Source: Candidatus Poribacteria bacterium (GTDB lineage Bacteria; Poribacteria; WGA-4E; GCA-2687025). From it: a DNA stretch of 64,000 nt. The notes beneath the pieces were generated by a model. It did no database searches. It saw only the letters and a list, made by a program, of their open reading frames with translations, and had not been told where the DNA came from. Below, piece by piece: positions 58,213-64,000 of the stretch. The stretch's first letter is position 1, and each line of letters begins with the position of its first letter. Location of the stretch: assembly GCA_963665845.2 (NCBI GenBank), contig OY762492.1, positions 2,560,001 to 2,624,000 of the forward strand. Direction: 5' to 3'. A program made the position numbers and the translations under genes.

Positions 58213-59045
58213 ACCGTCTCTCCATAATCGAACCAGCTTTTGCGCGTTTCATACAGCCGAAGCCGTTGAAGCCGCAGCCCCTCCCGTTCAAAAAGCGGCT
58301 GCATCGTTTCAAACAAAAAACGAACCAGATTCTCCGTCGTCGGCACGGCGTTTTGAAACTCTTTCATGTCGTTCATATGCTGATAGTTGAGCCGTTCCAC
58401 CGCCTCTTTTTGGACGATGGGGTCGATCTGTTCGCGCCCGCGCGCCGCGCCCTCCCGCTCGTCCATCGGCGCTTGGACAGACGCCTCCAGCCGGTAATCA
58501 TGCCCGTGTCCGTTCAGGTTGTTGCATTTGCCGTAGAGCTGGGCGTTCTCCTCGTCCGACAGGTTCGGGTTGTGCAGTCGGTGGGTGGCGGTGAATTCGT
58601 AGGCGCGGGTGAGCGTTACAAGCGGCATCTGTGTTTTTTCCTCGTATTGTCCGTTGAAGCGCGCTTTGGAGCGTCTATTTTCGGTCGCCTCGGCGCTGAC
58701 CAGCTGAAAGCCGCGCGCGTTCGGCGCGATCCGTTTCCATATAAAAAAAGCGACATTTTCTGGCGTCGGCAGAGACGTTTGAAAGGCGGGGACGTCCAGA
58801 TTGAGGCACTTGTGATCAAGCGGCTGAACGACGCAGCGGCGCGCGATCTCGTCCAGCTCCTTGATATTGACGACCATGCCGGCGCTCGGATCCACCTCGC
58901 CTGTGATTCCGATCTGCGCCGTCCAGTTGTGTCCATGGGCGCGCGCTTCATTGCCGTACCGCGCCATGTTCTCGTCGGGGGAAAGGCGCGCGTCCCGGTA
59001 GTAATGCGACGCTTCAAATTCAACCATGCGGTTCAGATAGATCAT
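58209..59045 (-). CDS. Tandem two-domain 6-pyruvoyl-tetrahydropterin synthase (PTPS/QueD family)
   Basis: Domain 1 FEASH...EARAHGHNW...LDH..LN...PTPEN; domain 2 FTATHRL...CNNLNGHGHDY...PTTEN...LYET. Confidence 0.9.
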   Translation of the reverse strand: MIYLNRMVEFEASHYYRDARLSPDENMARYGNEARAHGHNWTAQIGITGEVDPSAGMVVNIKELDEIARRCVVQPLDHKCLNLDVPAFQTSLPTPENVAFFIWKRIAPNARGFQLVSAEATENRRSKARFNGQYEEKTQMPLVTLTRAYEFTATHRLHNPNLSDEENAQLYGKCNNLNGHGHDYRLEASVQAPMDEREGAARGREQIDPIVQKEAVERLNYQHMNDMKEFQNAVPTTENLVRFLFETMQPLFEREGLRLQRLRLYETRKSWFDYGETV

Positions 59046-59797
59046 GCGTTTTTACTGATGACGGTCGGCGCGTCCCGCTCGTCTTGTTCGTCGATTTCGG
59101 TCGCGTCCATGTCGGTCTCCATGCCGTCTTGCGCCATGCGCTGCGTGTTGTATAGGTCTTCCGCTCTCAAGAAGAGGCTAAGCCCCGTTCCGTACCGCTG
59201 AACCTCTCGGATGACATGGTCGGCGAGGACGACAAGGTATCGGTGGGCGATGAAGGTCGGCGCCGCGACGACCAGTCCGCCGAAGGTTGTCAACAGCGCC
59301 GCTTTGATGCCGTCCGCGACGACCGACATTTTTTGCGCGTCTCCGCCTTGCCCCTCCGTCAGCGCGGCGAAGGAGACGATCATTCCAAGTACAGTGCCGA
59401 GCAGCCCCAGTATCGGCGCGGCGGTGGCGACCATTCCAAGCAAGGGGAGGTTCGCCTGCGTCTGTTGCCTGAGCAGTTTTACCCGCTGCTTGAGCAGCTT
59501 GTTCAGCTCTTTTTCGCCGAGGCGGCGGTTTTGAATGCCGGTCAAGAGCAGGTTCGTCACCAGCATCGGTCTGTTTTCGCACAACGAGGCGGCGATGTCG
59601 TACCGCTCATTTTCGAGAAGTCGGTAGATGCGCGCGATGTATTCTGCCGGGACTTTGCGCTCTCGGTTCAGTTCCGCCCGTTTGTCTAAAAAGAGAGCCA
59701 TCGCGGCGATGGACATAAACAGGAGCGGAAAAAACATCGCCCCGCCTTTGAGCAGGATGCCGAATCCGCCAATCAGTTGTTGAAAGAATTCGGTCAT
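59042..59797 (-). CDS. MotA/TolQ/ExbB proton-channel protein
   Basis: GG.MF.PLL, APILGLLGTVLGMI, GIKAALLTT.GGLVVA.P. Confidence 0.92.
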   Translation of the reverse strand: MTEFFQQLIGGFGILLKGGAMFFPLLFMSIAAMALFLDKRAELNRERKVPAEYIARIYRLLENERYDIAASLCENRPMLVTNLLLTGIQNRRLGEKELNKLLKQRVKLLRQQTQANLPLLGMVATAAPILGLLGTVLGMIVSFAALTEGQGGDAQKMSVVADGIKAALLTTFGGLVVAAPTFIAHRYLVVLADHVIREVQRYGTGLSLFLRAEDLYNTQRMAQDGMETDMDATEIDEQDERDAPTVISKNA

Positions 59798-59800
59798 CGT

Positions 59801-60988
59801 TCAGCGCAGAAGCGGTTTTATGTGTTGATGGTACGCTTCCCGCGCCTGCTCTTCGGTGAACAGCCCCGCGCCGTCCATCAGCCTGAACAGGTGCGCGATG
59901 TGGAGCGGCGGGCGCGCGTTCGGGTTGTTCGGCAGAAGCAGGCAATTGTCCTGCTTGCCTTGAAGCATCGCAACCGCCGCGACGCCATGCTTATACGCCG
60001 CGGTTGGGCTTTGAAAGAGCCAGTACGAAAGCGGCGCCGTCGGCAAAAGACGCCGGCGGTAACCTTGAATGTCGCCCTGCGCAAGGGCGTTCAGCGCCTG
60101 CTCGGCGACCGTCTCAAACGCGCCCATGCATCCCAGCAGCGCATGGCTATAGTCGCCCAGAGGATACCGGACGCCGTCCGATTCATACGCGCCTTCCGCT
60201 TCTATCGGCTCCTCCGTCCCTTCGATCAGTTCGACATAATGGAAGTCGTCGCCCGTTTTGACAATCTTGCCGATTTTAGCGAGGCGGCGCCGTATCTCGA
60301 TCTCCCTCTCGGCGTCCAAAAGCGAAATCTTCGCGCTTTCAAAATTCGGCAGCTCCATGATTCGATAGAACGAGTCGCCGGGGAAGTAGCCTTTCATGAT
60401 CGGGTTGAACATCTCGCCGAGCCAGTGCGCCAATAAAGGACCCTCGGCGGCGGCGTCCAGCAGCGTAAACACCTCCATGAAATCCGCCTCGGAGCGTCCT
60501 GCCAGACGCGGCGACGGAAAGACGGCGACCTTCCCCCCCAGCCGCTGTATCTGCAAAATCTGTTCGATATACGCCTTTGCGATCTCGCTGTTCGCCGCGT
60601 TGTTGGAACGTACGGCGTCGGTTCCCGCGCCGAAATACCAGCGTCTTCCGTTCGCCTGTTCCGCGGTTTGACGCAGCAGCCGTTCGGTCAGTTTTTTGGG
60701 TAAAATGTCGCGCTGCGCGGTGTCCATTCCGTCGGCGACGCCCAGCCCGCTGCTCCAGATATGCTCGCGTATCTGCGCGGTCGTTTTCCAGTCGATGACA
60801 TCGGCGTCCAGCTCCGTCTCGCTGCCGTTGTACTGCGGGTTGACGACCACATGGACGGCGGCGTCAATCTCGCGCGTCGGCGCGTCAGGCGGCTCAACAT
60901 CGGGCAGCGGCGGCGACCATACAGCGCGCGGGATGTAAAATTCCAGCTCGCCGCCGGGGGCGGGGAGCCATATTTCGTTCTTGCTCAT
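59801..60988 (-). CDS. DUF993-like (DHDPS-like TIM barrel) protein
   Basis: AAVHVV, IDWKTT, GLGVADGMDTAQR, GAGTD, HWLGEMFNP, KISLLD, TGDDFHY, SHALLG. Confidence 0.8.
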   Translation of the reverse strand: MSKNEIWLPAPGGELEFYIPRAVWSPPLPDVEPPDAPTREIDAAVHVVVNPQYNGSETELDADVIDWKTTAQIREHIWSSGLGVADGMDTAQRDILPKKLTERLLRQTAEQANGRRWYFGAGTDAVRSNNAANSEIAKAYIEQILQIQRLGGKVAVFPSPRLAGRSEADFMEVFTLLDAAAEGPLLAHWLGEMFNPIMKGYFPGDSFYRIMELPNFESAKISLLDAEREIEIRRRLAKIGKIVKTGDDFHYVELIEGTEEPIEAEGAYESDGVRYPLGDYSHALLGCMGAFETVAEQALNALAQGDIQGYRRRLLPTAPLSYWLFQSPTAAYKHGVAAVAMLQGKQDNCLLLPNNPNARPPLHIAHLFRLMDGAGLFTEEQAREAYHQHIKPLLR

Positions 60989-61128
60989 GGGCGTCTTCCG
61001 CGTTGATTCCTGTTTCTTTTAAAAGCATACCCCTGACGGGCGCCCACCGCAAGCCGCGCCTCTGAATGGGCGCAGAGGCGCGGCTGATACGCCTTATGAA
61101 CGAAGCGAACGACGCGGGCGGTACAATT

Positions 61129-62202
61129 TTACTCGAACAGGCTCGCCCGAAACTCCGCCGTATCGATCCGCGCATGCGTCCGCGCCGACTCGTTGCACGC
61201 CTCCATGAGCGTCCATGTGTTCAGCGAGCTGGTCTCCATCCATTCGCGCCCTTCGCCTGTAGCGATGGCGGTTGCGAAGGAATCGAACTGAATGCGGTCG
61301 TCTTCGATGAGTCCACCGTGCAGGTCTTGGAGATGCAGGTCTTCAACGCAGTCGCCTTTTCGCCACAGCTTGAGGCTGCCGTGGTCGCGCTGCAGGTCGC
61401 CGTCAACGCCGTGGAAGCTCCATGCGCCGCTCCATCCGGTTGAGCGCGCATGCCCGGAGCGCGTTCCCGCGTAGGTGAACGGCGCGCCGTTTTCATACTC
61501 AAAAAGCGCGTTGCCGCCCGCCGTCCCCCAGACGCCGGTCTGCCCAAGCGACTCATCGATCAGGTTATGGATGTGCGCCGTCACATACTGCGGCAACCCC
61601 TTCGCCGCGACCAGCTGGTCAAGCTGATGGCTCGCCCCGGCGTGAAAGTACAAGCCCTCCACAAAGGCGTCCGGCTGACGCGAGTCGGGACCTGTCCACA
61701 GATTTTGGCGAATCCAGAAACGGCATTCGCCGCCCAGCATTTCGCCGATGCCGCCCTCATCGCGCAGCCATTCGCGCATCTTTGCCGCGGCGGGGTTCCA
61801 CCGCTTGTTCTGCCCTTGAACAAGCATTGGGTTCTTGTCGCTGGCGCGCTGCGCCGCCAGCATCGCCTTGAAATCGTCCTGAGTCGTCACAATCGGCTTG
61901 ACGCACAGCGTGTGCAGCCCGGCGTTCAGGCTCTCTGTGACCAACTTGAAATGCGCCGTTGTGGACGCGAAGACGAGGCACGCCTCCGCCTCATGATTCT
62001 CCAGCGCCTCGCCGATGGAGTCGTACACGCAGTTGATGAGATCGGCGGGCGGGTCGTTGTTCAGGTTTTCAACAACCCGCTTCGCCCCGTCCACGTCCAG
62101 GTCAACGCAGGCGACCGGTTCCAGTCCCTTCGCGTTCACCAGAGCCTGCAGCCGTCCGCTGCCAAAATGTTTGCATCCTACATGGATCGTCGGTATGGGC
62201 AT
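61129..62202 (-). CDS. Gfo/Idh/MocA-like oxidoreductase
   Basis: IHVGC, HTLCVKP (EKP variant), QNKRW, GGIGE, SHQLD. Confidence 0.75.
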   Translation of the reverse strand: MPIPTIHVGCKHFGSGRLQALVNAKGLEPVACVDLDVDGAKRVVENLNNDPPADLINCVYDSIGEALENHEAEACLVFASTTAHFKLVTESLNAGLHTLCVKPIVTTQDDFKAMLAAQRASDKNPMLVQGQNKRWNPAAAKMREWLRDEGGIGEMLGGECRFWIRQNLWTGPDSRQPDAFVEGLYFHAGASHQLDQLVAAKGLPQYVTAHIHNLIDESLGQTGVWGTAGGNALFEYENGAPFTYAGTRSGHARSTGWSGAWSFHGVDGDLQRDHGSLKLWRKGDCVEDLHLQDLHGGLIEDDRIQFDSFATAIATGEGREWMETSSLNTWTLMEACNESARTHARIDTAEFRASLFE

Positions 62203-62210
62203 TCGTTTTC

Positions 62211-63146
62211 CTATTTCGGTTGAGTTGAGTTTGCGGCGGATTCTTCATCCTTTTTCTTGAAGGTGAACTTAAATTCGGTTTCAAAAACGCGCCGCATGTT
62301 GACGCCTGTGACGCGCGTCATGAGATCGACCAGCTGCCCGTCGTTCAATCTGCGATGGGGCGATTTCTGCATTTCGCGGAACAGTTTGATGTAAAAATCG
62401 TCGCCGTACCGTTTGTGGAGCTGCGACAAAATATAGTAGGAGTGGTTGTACGCCTCTATCTCTAAGCCGCCGGGCAGCATATTTCCTGTGGCGCGGTGCG
62501 CCTGCCATTGTTGGAGCAGGTTGACGCCGTTATCGTCTATGAGCGGCAGTGTTCGAGGTTTATTTTGCCCCTCCAAGAAGTCGTTCTCGATCATCGTCGC
62601 AATGCCCTCCATGAACCATGGCGGCGCAAACTTGCCGATGTAAGCGTAATCGAGCAGATGCGTCACCTCATGGATCAGCGTCGAGATCTCCGCCGCCGAC
62701 TTGGGCGAGAAATGCGCCGTCGGCTTGTTTCCGTAGTCAGGGTCGGCGGAGGTGGCATAGGCGGGCGTCGTGAATCCGCCGCTAAATATCTGCCCCACCT
62801 GTTTGGAGATGACCACATTCACCGGCTCCTTGACAACGTATCCGAGCGTGTCTTTCAGATGGAGATAGTAGGTCTCCAGCTGAAGAATCATGCCTTTTCC
62901 GTAACTGACGCGATCCTGTAAAGCGGCGAACTGGCGCAGCGCGCCCAGCTCCTCCTTTAGATACAGCGTGAAATGGGGCGAGGAGAACCGATGCGCGTCC
63001 TCGTCAATCTTGATCTGCACTCTCGGAACGGCAAAGGTTTTTTTCTGCTTCGTCCGCTCCGGCGCCTCCATTAACGCCGGCTGCATGCATCCCGCCAACA
63101 GAAACGCTCCCGCCAAAAGCGCCGCCCGCCAAAACCGTTTCAGCAT
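62211..63146 (-). CDS. Lipoprotein with peptidase MA-like (gluzincin) motif
   Basis: Lipobox LAGC; IHEVTH; PPWFMEGIA. Confidence 0.8.
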   Translation of the reverse strand: MLKRFWRAALLAGAFLLAGCMQPALMEAPERTKQKKTFAVPRVQIKIDEDAHRFSSPHFTLYLKEELGALRQFAALQDRVSYGKGMILQLETYYLHLKDTLGYVVKEPVNVVISKQVGQIFSGGFTTPAYATSADPDYGNKPTAHFSPKSAAEISTLIHEVTHLLDYAYIGKFAPPWFMEGIATMIENDFLEGQNKPRTLPLIDDNGVNLLQQWQAHRATGNMLPGGLEIEAYNHSYYILSQLHKRYGDDFYIKLFREMQKSPHRRLNDGQLVDLMTRVTGVNMRRVFETEFKFTFKKKDEESAANSTQPK

Positions 63147-63212
63147 ATCCGCCTCCTTTAGTTAGACGTCTATAGAATACATGCTCGTTTAAAAAAACGC
63201 AAGCGTCTGCCT

Positions 63213-63378
63213 TGACCTTACGTCTTTAGTTGGGACATGCCGCCGGGCGGACGCGGACGTCGTCTGCGGCGCCTCTGGATTCCCGCTTACGCGGGAATGA
63301 CGATCTGGTCTGCGAGGCTTTTTTCCCATGAATAAAGGCTTTGGTCGTTCAAATGTCCCAACTTTAGGCGTGAGGTCA
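63213..63378. mobile_element. MITE family B copy
   Basis: TGACCTTACGTCTTTAGTTGGGACAT ... ATGTCCCAACTTTAGGCGTGAGGTCA; GTCTGCC repeated at 63205-63211 and 63379-63385. Confidence 0.85.
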
Positions 63379-63417
63379 GTCTGCCAACATGGTTGTCTAT
63401 TGCGGAAAAGGGCTGAA

Positions 63418-63494
63418 TGGTCGGGGCGAGTGGATTTGAACCACCGACCCTCTGCTCCCAAAGCAGATGCGCTGCCGGACTGCGCTACGCCCCG
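63418..63494 (-). tRNA. tRNA-Pro (TGG)
   Basis: Reverse complement CGGGGCGTAGCGCAGTCCGGCAGCGCATCTGCTTTGGGAGCAGAGGGTCGGTGGTTCAAATCCACTCGCCCCGACCA: cloverleaf, anticodon TGG, encoded CCA. Confidence 0.96.
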
Positions 63495-63547
63495 ACAACA
63501 TGATCATACCCTAGAACCGCCTGGGATGTCCATGCGGTTTCCTGACC

Positions 63548-63814
63548 GGCAGTCTCTATAGACGATGATTTCGATTTTTAGAGCGTCGTTTTAGAATGCG
63601 GAGGCTGTCTGGAAAAACTCTGGATTCTCGCTTACGCGGGAATGCATGTCCTCGCGGAAGCGGGGAACGAATAGCCCAATAACAGCGGTTGGGGCGCGGT
63701 TTCTGGACTCCCCCCTTGAAAAGGGGGGCTGGGGGGGGTTTTAGTTCCGTGCGCGGAATCACGATTAGCACAACTCGAACAGGATTTTCGTCATCATCGC
63801 CTGTAGAGACTGCC
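63548..63814. mobile_element. MITE family A copy (inverted relative to 3957-4221)
   Basis: GGCAGTCTCTATAGACGATGA ... TCATCGCCTGTAGAGACTGCC; internal sequence closely matches the reverse complement of 3957-4221. Confidence 0.87.
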
Positions 63815-63828
63815 CCAAGGTGAAGAGG

Positions 63829-63857
63829 TTGACACGCCGACGCGCTTGTGTTATAAA
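63829..63857 (+). promoter_or_regulatory. Near-consensus sigma70 promoter with extended -10
   Basis: TTGACA-17 bp-TATAAA with TGn immediately before the -10. Confidence 0.7.
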
Positions 63858-63931
63858 AACTCAACGCCCGCTCTTCTAAGGGCGAAAAACTGCCGCGCTA
63901 CAGAGCGCGTCAACATCAATTGGAGCGAGAC

Positions 63932-64000
63932 ATGAATACACTGACGCGAAAAATAGTATGGGCAGCGGCGGCGGCGCTGCTGCTGGGAGGCGTTGCTGCA
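63932..64000 (+). CDS. 5' fragment of a secreted protein gene (runs off the window)
   Basis: GGAG SD; MNTLTRKIVWAAAAALLLGGVAA signal-peptide-like start. Confidence 0.55.
   Translation, partial: MNTLTRKIVWAAAAALLLGGVAA

Noticed and set aside
63380-63500. tRNA-Pro as an integration site of a genomic island or prophage
   Set aside because: No integrase and no duplicated tRNA 3' end seen in the window; only MITEs flank it.

Overview
High-GC bacterial chromosomal window (roughly 60-65% GC by eye) from a diderm organism. The content (TonB receptor, SLBB protein, FlgD-Ig protein, many Gfo/Idh/MocA and sugar-acid enzymes, membrane-anchored ECF) resembles Poribacteria/PVC-type heterotrophs; this taxonomy is inference only. 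Housekeeping genes include hflX, radC, ispD-ispF-cysS, hemB, glgC, pyrE, mdh and tRNA-Pro(TGG). Defence-type loci are a DNA methyltransferase-HNH fusion and a Swt1/HEPN-DUF499 ATPase plus DUF1156 methylase pair. Mobile DNA comprises one IS1595-family element and two MITE families carrying REP-like palindromes. The most notable observation is an ECF sigma factor whose 311-aa exported C-terminal part has its own internal SD+GTG start and a free-standing 308-aa lipoprotein paralogue 18 kb away, with a shared upstream motif. Also notable are a sigma54 promoter with tandem activator sites, a CysRS with a permuted HIGH motif and doubled anticodon domain, and a tandem-PTPS/SDR pair suggesting biopterin synthesis. 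All family assignments come from motif recognition by eye; no searches were run.
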